From positions 1 through 53,635 of the forward strand of contig JABEVB010000178.1 of NCBI GenBank assembly GCA_013044165.1: DNA of 53,635 bases, read 5' to 3'. The notes under the pieces are model-generated. The model searched no databases. It had not been told where the DNA came from and saw only the letters and a list, made by a program, of their open reading frames with translations. The stretch's first letter is position 1; every line of letters starts with the position of its first letter. The DNA is from Phycisphaerales bacterium (lineage in GTDB: Bacteria; Planctomycetota; Phycisphaerae; WQYP01). A program made the translations under genes and the position numbers. This document shows, in pieces, positions 34,296 to 43,093 of this stretch.

Positions 34296-36458
34296 TTAAA
34301 CCGCCGGAAGCGGTTCGTCCGCTGCTGCGGCGGGGGCGGTTGGGGCGTCGCCGTGTATAAGCTGCGTTTCGCAAAGTCTTTGGTAGGGTTCGCAGATTTT
34401 AAACAATTCGTCGTGCCGACCCATTCCAGCGACCACGCCCTGATCGAGGCATACGATCAAGTCTGCCGACACCACCGTGCTGAACCGATGCGCGATTACA
34501 AAGGTTGTGCGATCGCGACGAAACTCTTCGAGGGCTTGAGATATTTTGGCTTCGCTTTCAGCATCTACCTGGCTTAACGCTTCATCAAGAATAAGGATGG
34601 CCGGGTCGCGCAAAATAGCACGTGCAATTGCAATGCGCTGCCGTTGGCCGCCCGAGAGCCGCGCCCCGCCTTGCCCTATTGGCGTATCGTAGCCTTGCGG
34701 CATGGCGCGGATAAACTCATCGGCAAAACTCCGCCGTGCCGCTTCAAGCACCCTGTCGCGCGACGCATGTCGTGCTCCGTAGGCAATGTTGTTGTAGGCG
34801 GTGTCCGCAAAGAGAGCGGTTTCCTGTGTTACCAGTCCAATCTGCTTGCGCAGCGACGCCAGCGACACCGTGGCGGTATCTATGGAGTCTATCAGCACGC
34901 GCCCTGTTGTTGGTGGATACAGGCGAGGCACCAGCGACAGCAGCGTTGTTTTGCCAGACCCATTGGTGCCCACAACGGCAACCATCTGGCCGTGTCGAAC
35001 CGTAAAGTCAACATCACGCAGCACCATTTCATCGTGGCCGGGGTATTTGAAGCTTACATGGTCAAACACAATGCTGGCGCTATGTCGCGGCAGGCGGGGA
35101 AGAGTGTGCGAAAGATTGTCTTCCGGCGGAATATCTATGATTGCAAAGCAGCGATTGGCAGCCGCTTTGGCCATTTGAACTTTGTTGTTGACGTCATTGA
35201 GTTTGCGCATAGGCTCAAAAATCGCCAGCAGGCACGCAAGCATCAAAAAGAACGAGTCTTTATCTATCGAGCCGTCAAGCACCAGATGGGCGGCAAAAAT
35301 CAAAGGAACGCTCACGAGCATGATGGTCATGGTTTCAAAGGCGGGGCGCGACACGGCCAGATAATGCAGCACCCTTCGCACCGACTTAAACAGGGTGCGG
35401 TTGGCCCGGGCAAAACGCCGACGCTCATAGCCCGCCGACGAGTACGCCTTAACCACGCGAATGTTGGCCAGCGCCTCGTTGCTGATGGCGACCATTTCCG
35501 ACCAGCCCCTGAGTCCGCGGTCCATGGCTTTGTTGATGCGTTTGCCGAGTTTGCGAATGACAATGCCGACTGCCGGCAGCAGAATCAGCGTGCCCACAAA
35601 CAGCCGCCAGTCCACCAGGAGAGCCACGATCGCAACCCCGATAGACTTGGTAGGCTCCAAGATGGCCCGACCCAGCAGCATCGAAACGCCATCGTACAAA
35701 CTTGCCGTATCCACCGTGATGCGGCTGATTAGATCGTGCGTGCCATTACGCACCGTGTACGAAATGGGCAAATCCAAAATGCGGTCAAACAAACGCCGGC
35801 GAATGGCAATGACCACCTGCAGCGTCACTTCACTGCTTAAAAAAGTCTGATAATAGCGAAAAATGCTGCCCACAATGCACAGGCCGATAAACATCACCAC
35901 AATCCACATCAGGCTTTGGAAGCGTCCGTGTGGCAGCCAATGGGCGCTGGTAAAAATAGCGTAAGCCTTCCAGTGCAGCGGCGTTAAAACAATGGAGATG
36001 TTGCGCGCCGCTCCACCATGGTTGGCCGCAATGGCAAGCGTCGCCTTTGACCCGGCCGGCGCTTCTGCCAATTGAGCCATCATCTTCAGCCAGGAATGAT
36101 GCACGGCGGGCACACCGGCAGGCGTTGGCATGCTGACCTGGGTAATTTGGTCGCCTGGCAACAGGCCCTTGAGGGCTGGCTGCACACTCTTGGTAGGTTT
36201 GAGCACGACAATAGAAAGGCTGCCACGCTGCACGGAGCGGTCCAGCGGCATGAGATCGAGTCCCAGCCGGTCTTGTGCGGCCTGCAGGTTGGCCCAGCCA
36301 TGGACGCCCTCGGAACTTAAAAATATTTTCATCACCGGGTAAAGTGTTGCCACACCCGAAGCATAAGAAAAGCTCACGCCAATAGCGCAAATAAAGGATA
36401 GCAGCACCTTAAACCGATACGGCCATATCGCCTTGATAACCCGCCAAAATGCCTGCAT
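34296..36458 (-). CDS. MsbA-like ABC exporter (fused permease/ATPase) with ~130-aa periplasmic insertion between TM1 and TM2
   Basis: Walker A GTNGSGKTT, signature LSGGQRQR, Walker B ILILDEA and H-loop IAHR, with six-TM exporter-type core. An extra domain lies at about aa 47-180 (numbering from ATG 36458). The ORF-track TTG at 36485 is rejected in favour of ATG 36458 (MQAFWRVIKA). Confidence 0.9.
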   Translation of the reverse strand: MQAFWRVIKAIWPYRFKVLLSFICAIGVSFSYASGVATLYPVMKIFLSSEGVHGWANLQAAQDRLGLDLMPLDRSVQRGSLSIVVLKPTKSVQPALKGLLPGDQITQVSMPTPAGVPAVHHSWLKMMAQLAEAPAGSKATLAIAANHGGAARNISIVLTPLHWKAYAIFTSAHWLPHGRFQSLMWIVVMFIGLCIVGSIFRYYQTFLSSEVTLQVVIAIRRRLFDRILDLPISYTVRNGTHDLISRITVDTASLYDGVSMLLGRAILEPTKSIGVAIVALLVDWRLFVGTLILLPAVGIVIRKLGKRINKAMDRGLRGWSEMVAISNEALANIRVVKAYSSAGYERRRFARANRTLFKSVRRVLHYLAVSRPAFETMTIMLVSVPLIFAAHLVLDGSIDKDSFFLMLACLLAIFEPMRKLNDVNNKVQMAKAAANRCFAIIDIPPEDNLSHTLPRLPRHSASIVFDHVSFKYPGHDEMVLRDVDFTVRHGQMVAVVGTNGSGKTTLLSLVPRLYPPTTGRVLIDSIDTATVSLASLRKQIGLVTQETALFADTAYNNIAYGARHASRDRVLEAARRSFADEFIRAMPQGYDTPIGQGGARLSGGQRQRIAIARAILRDPAILILDEALSQVDAESEAKISQALEEFRRDRTTFVIAHRFSTVVSADLIVCLDQGVVAGMGRHDELFKICEPYQRLCETQLIHGDAPTAPAAAADEPLPAV

Positions 36459-36606
36459 GCTGTAGCCCGCTTCCTGGACACCCAAACCAACTATTATACG
36501 CGGTCAGGCGAACATTGAAACAAATCGGGCTGTGGCGGGCAGAATGACAGAATGGGTTGCTCTCGCCCGAGAGCTTCTGTCAATCGCGTGCCTCGCGGCG
36601 GCAACC

Positions 36607-36615
36607 TGCTATAAT
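36607..36615 (+). promoter_or_regulatory. extended -10 promoter candidate (TGcTATAAT) only 8 nt upstream of the DUF2752 ATG
   Basis: TGCTATAAT at 36607..36615; ATG at 36624; no SD in between. This implies a leaderless or near-leaderless mRNA. The -35 region is poor. Confidence 0.35.
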
Positions 36616-36623
36616 CGTGCTCC

Positions 36624-37124
36624 ATGAGCAGCTTAGCGTCCAACCAGAATGCGCCCCAAAGGTTTAGCCGCGCCACGGAGTTTGATCGCACCCTTGCTGT
36701 GCGGTTATGGGGCTTGTTTTTGCTGGTATTTTTTGGCTGCATTCTCGGCGTGGGGCTGTACCTGCATCCCAGCCACAAGGGCTTTGGCCAACGGGAACTG
36801 GGCCTGCCGCCCTGCGGCTTTCTGCTGGCTACCGGCTATCCGTGCCCTACCTGCGGGTACACAACAGCGGTATCTTATGTAAGCCACGGCCAATGGCTTA
36901 CCGCATTGGCCACACAACCGGCTGGGGCGGCCTTTGGCTTTTTGGCCTTGGCTCTATTTGCGCTCGGTACGTTGTCGGTAGTCAAGGGGCGGTGGTATGG
37001 CCCATCTCCTTTTTGGTTGGGCTGGCATTGGCAACGCATCTGCTGGGTTTCGCTGCTGATCGTGCTTTTGGGTTGGGGCTATAGAGTGCTGGTCGTACGC
37101 GGCTTTTTCGGTCATCATGGCTGA
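36624..37124 (+). CDS. DUF2752 domain-containing membrane protein
   Basis: Hallmark LPPCGFLLATGYPCPTCGYTTA followed by three further TM helices. Confidence 0.75.
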   Translation: MSSLASNQNAPQRFSRATEFDRTLAVRLWGLFLLVFFGCILGVGLYLHPSHKGFGQRELGLPPCGFLLATGYPCPTCGYTTAVSYVSHGQWLTALATQPAGAAFGFLALALFALGTLSVVKGRWYGPSPFWLGWHWQRICWVSLLIVLLGWGYRVLVVRGFFGHHG

Positions 37125-37155
37125 TAAACCCGGCACCGCGTTTAAGGAACATCGA

Positions 37156-37818
37156 ATGATTCAAATGATATCGCACCGACTCCTGTTTCGTTTGCTGGCT
37201 TTGACAACTCTTTTTCTCGCGGGCACGTGCCTGGGAGGCTGTGGCTTTCTTGCTGCTGCCGCACAGCGATCGGTAGGCACAAAGGTTTCTGCGCCCTACC
37301 ACGGTTTCGCCAACCACAGTGTAGCCGTGGTGGTTTATGAAGATTCATCCACGGCGTTTATGTATCCGCAGGCGCGGCGGGAAGTAGCTGCATTTGTATC
37401 GCGTGAAATACAGGACAAAATACCCACCGCCAAAGTGCTGGATTACAACCTGGTGCTGCAATATCAGGATCAAACACCCTCCTGGGACGCCCTGCCTATC
37501 AAAACCATCGGCAAGCATTTCGGCGTGGATCGCGTGCTGTATTTGGAACTGACTGATTACAGCACCCACGCGGCCGGGGCCGAGCACCTGCTTCAAGGCC
37601 ATATTGCGGCTAACGTTATGGTATATGACACCACCATGCCGGGTGATGCGCGGGTATTTTCACAGAAGGTTGCCGCATCCTGGCCGCGCGGCGGGCCGGA
37701 ACCCGTGCTTGATAACGACGATAATCTGGTGCGTATGCGCACGCTCGACGCGTTTGCCGGCAAACTTATCAAACTCTTTGTAGATTGGCGTGACTATGGG
37801 ATGGGCAACAATGAATAA
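37156..37818 (+). CDS. hypothetical lipoprotein (LpoB/TolB-N-like alpha/beta pattern)
   Basis: Signal peptide plus lipobox LFLAGTCLGGC. AAGGAA lies 6 nt upstream of ATG 37156 (the ORF track starts at 37117, overlapping the previous gene). Confidence 0.6.
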   Translation: MIQMISHRLLFRLLALTTLFLAGTCLGGCGFLAAAAQRSVGTKVSAPYHGFANHSVAVVVYEDSSTAFMYPQARREVAAFVSREIQDKIPTAKVLDYNLVLQYQDQTPSWDALPIKTIGKHFGVDRVLYLELTDYSTHAAGAEHLLQGHIAANVMVYDTTMPGDARVFSQKVAASWPRGGPEPVLDNDDNLVRMRTLDAFAGKLIKLFVDWRDYGMGNNE

Positions 37819-38458
37819 CCGGCGCAGGCTTCTAGTGGCAGCCTTTGTACTGCCGACGCTGCTGGCCCTGGCCGGCTGCCAGGTGGCGTACTTTATATTC
37901 GGCCAGGGCGACCAACCGGCGGTGTTTAAGATTCCTAAACAATCGCGTGTGCTGGTGCTGGTGGACAAAGCCGCCAATAGTCCCATGACCGTTTCAGACC
38001 TGCAATCGCTGATCAACACCATGAACCTGCTGCTTTATCAAAATAAAGTGGCCACGCAGTTTGTGCCGGCTTTTCGCCTTACCAACCTGCAGCGCAACAC
38101 CGAGCTGTATCAGTCCATGGGCATTGCCGACGTTGCCGCCGCTGTGCGGGCCGATATTGTCGTTTACATATACATGCGAAAGTTTTCCGCCAAGCTCATC
38201 AGCGATAAACAGATATCCGAGGGTTATGCCTCGGCCATCGTAAAAGTGGTGGATAGCAAAGGCACTCGGCTGTGGCCGAAGGATGCCACCGATGGCTACC
38301 CCATTACCGTAAAAATTCCAGAGGCTCTGGCTTCGTCGCAATCGTCTGCGGCGGTTCACAATGCCCTGATTCAGGCCGTAGCGCAAAAGGTCGCATTGCT
38401 CTTCTACAGCCACCCGCAAAGCAGCGCTGCCAATGCTGAAAGTTCGGCCAATCAGTAA
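37811..38458 (+). CDS. hypothetical lipoprotein, distant paralog-like partner of the preceding gene
   Basis: Signal peptide plus lipobox LLALAGCQ. ATG 37811 overlaps the upstream stop by 8 nt (ATGAATAA). Length and secondary-structure pattern resemble the 37156..37818 product. Confidence 0.6.
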   Translation: MNNRRRLLVAAFVLPTLLALAGCQVAYFIFGQGDQPAVFKIPKQSRVLVLVDKAANSPMTVSDLQSLINTMNLLLYQNKVATQFVPAFRLTNLQRNTELYQSMGIADVAAAVRADIVVYIYMRKFSAKLISDKQISEGYASAIVKVVDSKGTRLWPKDATDGYPITVKIPEALASSQSSAAVHNALIQAVAQKVALLFYSHPQSSAANAESSANQ

Positions 38459-38476
38459 CGTCGGGCAATGCCAAGG

Positions 38477-38496
38477 CGCAGGCCCGTGCGCCTGCG
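38477..38496. terminator. hairpin between convergent genes (possible bidirectional terminator)
   Basis: CGCAGGC (38477..38483), 6-nt loop, GCCTGCG (38490..38496). A/T-rich run at 38505..38517. Confidence 0.3.
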
Positions 38497-38518
38497 GCTT
38501 GCAATATTATTTTTATCA

Positions 38519-39244
38519 TTACAGTGCGGCGGCTTCCCGCATAATCGCGACGCTGGCCGAGCACCCAAGCCGATCGGCTCCGGCCGCCAACATGGCCTGT
38601 GCCGTCGCGAGGTCTCGTATACCGCCGGCGGCTTTTACCTTTAAGCCATGGCTGTGTTTTTTTAATAAAGCCACGCTCGAAAGCGTAGCGCCGCCCGCCG
38701 GGTGAAAGCCCGTGCTGGTTTTTACGTAGTGGGCCTGGGCCTGCCAGGCCGCATGGCAACCGAGGGCAATTTGGCGCGGAGTCAACACCGCGGTTTCTAG
38801 AATCACTTTGATTTTCACGAGCGGATTTTCGCGCTTCGCGGCCCGCACAACCGCTCGAATGTCGCGCTGCACTTCGACCTTATCGCCCATTAAGAGCGGC
38901 CCAAGGGCGACCACCATATCAATTTCCATCGCGCCGTCGGCAACACATTGGGCTGCTTCGGCGGCTTTTATGGCGGTGGTTGATGCCCCCAACGGAAAGC
39001 CGACGCACGCACAAACGACCACCGCACGGCGGCTTTGAGCTGCTTTGCGAATCGGGCTGATAAACTCGCGCTGGCGCTTCGCCAATTCCCGAGCTGCCGA
39101 CTTGACCCATCGCGGGTTGATGCACACGGTGGCAAACTGCCAGCGAACCGACTCGGCAACCAGACGAAGAATTTGCTTCTCCGTTGCATCGGCCTTGAGC
39201 AATGTGTGATCAATGGCTCCGGCAATGGATTTGGCAGTGTGCAT
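38519..39244 (-). CDS. deoC: deoxyribose-phosphate aldolase
   Basis: IDHTLLKADAT, ATVCINPRWV, VGFPLGASTT, EIDMV, KVILETAVLT, YVKTSTGF (Schiff-base Lys), KVKAAGGIR. AAGGAG upstream of the ATG. Contains a basic insertion of about 25 aa (ELAKRQREFISPIRKAAQSRR). Confidence 0.9.
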   Translation of the reverse strand: MHTAKSIAGAIDHTLLKADATEKQILRLVAESVRWQFATVCINPRWVKSAARELAKRQREFISPIRKAAQSRRAVVVCACVGFPLGASTTAIKAAEAAQCVADGAMEIDMVVALGPLLMGDKVEVQRDIRAVVRAAKRENPLVKIKVILETAVLTPRQIALGCHAAWQAQAHYVKTSTGFHPAGGATLSSVALLKKHSHGLKVKAAGGIRDLATAQAMLAAGADRLGCSASVAIMREAAAL

Positions 39245-39440
39245 GAACGCTCCTTTTTAGACTGGGCCGATAGAGCCGGTCTGGTTACATAGCCCCGATA
39301 AGCCACCGCCCGCCGCAGGATACAAGCCGACCCGCTCGCGCGGCAAACGACGCTGGCTGCAGATATTATAAAATGCGTGGCGAGTTTTTAGGACGCCGGT
39401 GAATTTGTTAAAAATTTTTAAAGTTTTATCGCTTTAGCGC

Positions 39441-39468
39441 TTGGCGAACTCGCGAGGAAGGCTATAAT
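39441..39468 (+). promoter_or_regulatory. sigma70-like promoter candidate (TTGGCG-16 nt-TATAAT) with A/T-rich UP-like tract
   Basis: -35 at 39441..39446 and perfect -10 at 39463..39468. AT-rich 39400..39430 lies upstream; the CDS starts 41 nt downstream. Confidence 0.45.
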
Positions 39469-39508
39469 CGTTTGCAAGGTTAAGTTGACTTCCGGAGGAA
39501 CTCGCAAC

Positions 39509-40432
39509 ATGGCACGACCCGCCAAAAAATCCGGTAGTGATGATAGCTTGGGCAACATGGATATTTCGTCGGCCCTGCAGGGCTGGCAATACCGCCCTGA
39601 TCGTCACAATGTAAGGCTCATTCGTGGTCGCGACGGCAAGCCTAAAATTCAGGTTCGATTGGACCTCGGCCTGCTGCAGATGGAAGTGAATGGCCGCCCC
39701 GACGGCAAACGTCCGCATAAAAGTCCCACCGAACTACATTATCATCTGCAGCGGCTGGCGGAGTACCGCAAGGCCCATCGCTCGGACAGCGGCTTCATGC
39801 TGACCTCGGCCGAGTGCGAGTCTTTGCGCGAAGAATCTTCAATGTTTTATCATCGGTACCTGAGCTTTTTCGTGATGGAAGAATACAGCGGCGTGGTTCG
39901 CGATACGCAGCACAATCTTAACGTTCTGGATTTGTGCCGCGCTCACGGCGAAACGCCCCGCGATCGCAGCATGCTCGAAGAGTTTCGGCCGTACATCATT
40001 ATGATGCAGGGCCGCGCGCTGGCATGCGATGCTATCGCCAAAGGATTTGCCCGCACGGCCATGGCGTATTTGCGAGGAGCATTGCGGCGGATATTCAAGG
40101 CCTATGCGCTTCGCGGCGAAGAGGCTCGCCGCAACGCCCGCCACTCAAAGGAAGCCCAGGTGCTGCTGGATATGCTGCGGCAGTTGCGCCGGCAGCTTCC
40201 ACCGGATCCACGGATTAAAATTCGTCGGCAGATTAAATATGCGGTGGCCCACGAAAAATACGAGCAGGCCGCCGTGCTGCGCGATCAGCTTATGGCACTC
40301 GACACCGCCTCAGCTGGCAAGCCTATGGCCCGGCCCGCAAGAAAAAAGGCTCGTACGTCTGCACCCGTGGCGGTGCGACGCAGAGGCTCCAAGCCGGAGA
40401 GGCCGAGCAATGGCGACTCGGTCTCCGGCTGA
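39509..40432 (+). CDS. UVR-motif domain-containing protein, otherwise uncharacterised
   Basis: UvrB/UvrC-type motif AHEKYEQAAVLRDQLMAL near a basic C-terminal tail. GGAGG upstream of ATG 39509 (the ORF track begins at TTG 39485). Confidence 0.65.
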   Translation: MARPAKKSGSDDSLGNMDISSALQGWQYRPDRHNVRLIRGRDGKPKIQVRLDLGLLQMEVNGRPDGKRPHKSPTELHYHLQRLAEYRKAHRSDSGFMLTSAECESLREESSMFYHRYLSFFVMEEYSGVVRDTQHNLNVLDLCRAHGETPRDRSMLEEFRPYIIMMQGRALACDAIAKGFARTAMAYLRGALRRIFKAYALRGEEARRNARHSKEAQVLLDMLRQLRRQLPPDPRIKIRRQIKYAVAHEKYEQAAVLRDQLMALDTASAGKPMARPARKKARTSAPVAVRRRGSKPERPSNGDSVSG

Positions 40433-40670
40433 TTTCCTTGGATACATTGTGCTTGGTAGACGCGCCATAGAGCCAGGTCGCCGCCCTTAGCTGTGCCGAC
40501 GGGGCCGCAATGTGTTCCATAACAATAGCGGGCGATGGAAGATTGGCGGAGACCTGCTGTCTTCGACTGCAAGTGCTCGGCAATAGTTTTAATTATGGAC
40601 AGCTTAGCGGTGGCAGCTGTACCGAATTGCACGGTGTCAGACTAAGCCCGGCGATGATTCAGGATGAACA

Positions 40671-41954
40671 ATGGCTTTCAGTGTAATTACCATTAACGTC
40701 AACCCGCCGACGACGCAGCCGACATCAGTCCTCTCACATGGCGTGCACAAGTCGGGGGCACTCCATCACGCGATCCATCCGCTGCGCAGCTTTTACGATA
40801 CGTTTATCAAGCAAATAGACATCAGCCATCTGTTTACCGTCAACGGTTGGCGCAATTGGCTGGTGCTGCTCATCGCCATCTTTGCAGGAGTGGCACTGGG
40901 GCGTTTTGCGGGCGTGCTCATGGAGCGCTTGTCGCGCCGGCTGGCAGCTCGCCATTGGCATGTGCAGTCGCTTCTGTTTGAAGGGCTGGTTGGCCCGGCA
41001 AATCTTTGGGTCGTGGCGATGGGTCTTTTTATTGGCCTGGGACAACTGCACATGAGTGGCCTGCTTGCAGCCGCATCCCGTCGGGGCGTGCTGCTGCTGT
41101 TTGCCATTGCCGTATTCTGGTACGTGTTCAATATTGTTTCCATTGTTGAACATGGCCTGAAGCATTTTGCCAGCCGCCATGAACAGGGCTTCAACACCCA
41201 ATTTATACCCATCATCCGGAAAACGCTGCGTATTTTTGTCGCCATTATCGGCGTACTGTTTATTATGCAAAATGTTTTTGACCGCGATATCGGCTCTTGG
41301 TTGGCCGGGCTGGGAATCGCCGGCCTGGCGGTTTCGCTGGCGGCGCAGGATTCGCTGAAAAATGTCTTTGGTTCGTTGACCATCTTTCTTGACCGGCCCT
41401 TTTTTGTGGGCAACAGCATTATTTATCAGGGCTTTACCGGCACGGTTGAAGAAATTGGCTTTCGATCCACGCGGGTGCGGCAACTCGATGGCTCGCTGGT
41501 AAACATTCCCAACTCCGACATCGTAAACAACTCGGTGTGTAATTTGGCCAACCGGCCCTATTTCCGGCGGATATTAAACGTGACGATCACCTACGATACG
41601 CCGGCGGCTAAGATTACTCAGGCGATAGAAATTATCCGCAGTCTGCTGGCTTCTGAGACCTTCGCCGGTTCGATCATAAACCCCGATAATCCCACTGATA
41701 ATCCGCCGCGCGTCTTCTTTAATGACTTTAATGCCGACTCACTGAACATTCTCGTCAATTATTGCTACCGCCCTACCACCGATTGGTGGGCCTTTGTTGC
41801 CTTTAACGAGCGGTTTAATCTGGCATTATTTGAAGCCTATGACAAAGCCGGCATAGAGTTTGCCTTCCCCACCCGCACCTTGTATTTGGCCGGCGACGCC
41901 AAACGGCAACTCGCCCTGCGCATGCTGGGCAACGATGGCCAGCAGCCGGGTTAA
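40671..41954 (+). CDS. mechanosensitive ion channel family protein (MscS-like)
   Basis: Pore helix plus beta-domain signature GLAVSLAAQDSLKNVFGSLTIFLDRPFFVGNSIIYQGFTGTVEEIGFRSTRVRQLDGSLVNIPNS. Confidence 0.9.
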   Translation: MAFSVITINVNPPTTQPTSVLSHGVHKSGALHHAIHPLRSFYDTFIKQIDISHLFTVNGWRNWLVLLIAIFAGVALGRFAGVLMERLSRRLAARHWHVQSLLFEGLVGPANLWVVAMGLFIGLGQLHMSGLLAAASRRGVLLLFAIAVFWYVFNIVSIVEHGLKHFASRHEQGFNTQFIPIIRKTLRIFVAIIGVLFIMQNVFDRDIGSWLAGLGIAGLAVSLAAQDSLKNVFGSLTIFLDRPFFVGNSIIYQGFTGTVEEIGFRSTRVRQLDGSLVNIPNSDIVNNSVCNLANRPYFRRILNVTITYDTPAAKITQAIEIIRSLLASETFAGSIINPDNPTDNPPRVFFNDFNADSLNILVNYCYRPTTDWWAFVAFNERFNLALFEAYDKAGIEFAFPTRTLYLAGDAKRQLALRMLGNDGQQPG

Positions 41955-42206
41955 TTCCGCCGATGTGTTGGGCAACCGGCGTGGTGCATTTGTAGAAAAC
42001 CGTATGCTGTGTCTCGCGCCATCTTTAGTATCCGCCGATTTGTCGGCGCTGCCCGGTGAGCCGCAGCAACGGTAAGCCTTAGGTGCAATGGTTCAGGTTA
42101 GCCCACAGGACATTCATCGGTTGCGTCGCTTGGCTGCAAATGACCTTGCTTGGTTTTATTTCTGCCGTGTCCCCGCTAAGATGCCCCGGTTGCAAGGAAC
42201 GCACCC

Positions 42207-42980
42207 ATGGCAAAAAACAAGGCGAAGGAACCGCAGTGGGCAAGGTTTGGCTCGGGCAATGATTATTTTCATCGCTCACATTGGCCGCTGCAATGTCTGA
42301 TTTTTATTACGCCGCTGCTGCTGATTTATCAGATTGGCAGCGCGATGCATCCATGGACACCCGCGCCCGACTCTCCGGCGCGGCTTGTGGCGTTTGCACT
42401 GATCTTGCGCTTCTTCGCCTTCTTCGGCGTGGTTGGCAACTATTTGCCGATGGCGGTGGTGGTGGCCGTGCTGCTCGCCTGGCATCTGAGCCGCAAGGAC
42501 CCCTGGCAATTTGATCCGGTTCTTTATTTGGGCATGGCGGCCGAAAGTTTTGTCTGGGCCATGCCCATTTTGGTCTTTGCCATCGTAGTTGCCAATGGCT
42601 CAGCCATGGCAGCAAACAACGGCGCTCCGGCAATGGCTTGGCAGGAAAAATGCGTTATAGCCGTAGGGGCCGGGGTGTATGAAGAACTGCTCTTCCGGTT
42701 GGTGCTCATTACGCTGCTTAACATGTTGCTGGTGGATCTTCTTGGCCTTTCGCTCGGCAAGGCCATTCCCATCATTATTGTTACGTCGGCAGTTTTGTTT
42801 TCGCTTTACCATTACCTGGGGCCGGAACACTTTACGCTGCAGACTTTCTTTTTCCGAACCGCCGCCGGCGTGTACCTTGCCGCCATCTTTATTTTTCGCG
42901 GCTTTGGAATTGATGTGGCCACGCATGCCGCCTACGACCTGATGGCCATCGGTTTGCCCATGCTGGTTCGACACGGTTGA
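42207..42980 (+). CDS. CPBP-family intramembrane glutamic endopeptidase (CAAX protease/Abi)
   Basis: Motif 1 GVYEELLFRLVL, motif 2 FSLYH, motif 3 HAAYD. AAGGAA upstream of the ATG. Confidence 0.85.
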   Translation: MAKNKAKEPQWARFGSGNDYFHRSHWPLQCLIFITPLLLIYQIGSAMHPWTPAPDSPARLVAFALILRFFAFFGVVGNYLPMAVVVAVLLAWHLSRKDPWQFDPVLYLGMAAESFVWAMPILVFAIVVANGSAMAANNGAPAMAWQEKCVIAVGAGVYEELLFRLVLITLLNMLLVDLLGLSLGKAIPIIIVTSAVLFSLYHYLGPEHFTLQTFFFRTAAGVYLAAIFIFRGFGIDVATHAAYDLMAIGLPMLVRHG

Positions 42981-43093
42981 TGAAGCGGCCAAACTGGGGA
43001 CGATGCAAGTAAATGCACGCCAATTTGGGCTAACCTCGCACAAGACGCAGTACCCTTCGCCGCCTCTGCCGCCGGTGGGAATTGTCGTGTTCT

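Noticed and set aside
34644-35732. 362-aa plus-strand ORF antisense to the ABC exporter. The same applies to 40734..41483 (antisense to MscS), 43082..43654 and 43300..43860 (epimerase region), 49002..49562 (pseudouridine synthase region) and 51734..52306.
   Set aside because: They are antisense or alternative-frame shadows of genes with unambiguous catalytic motifs, and the products are Arg/His/Gly-rich.
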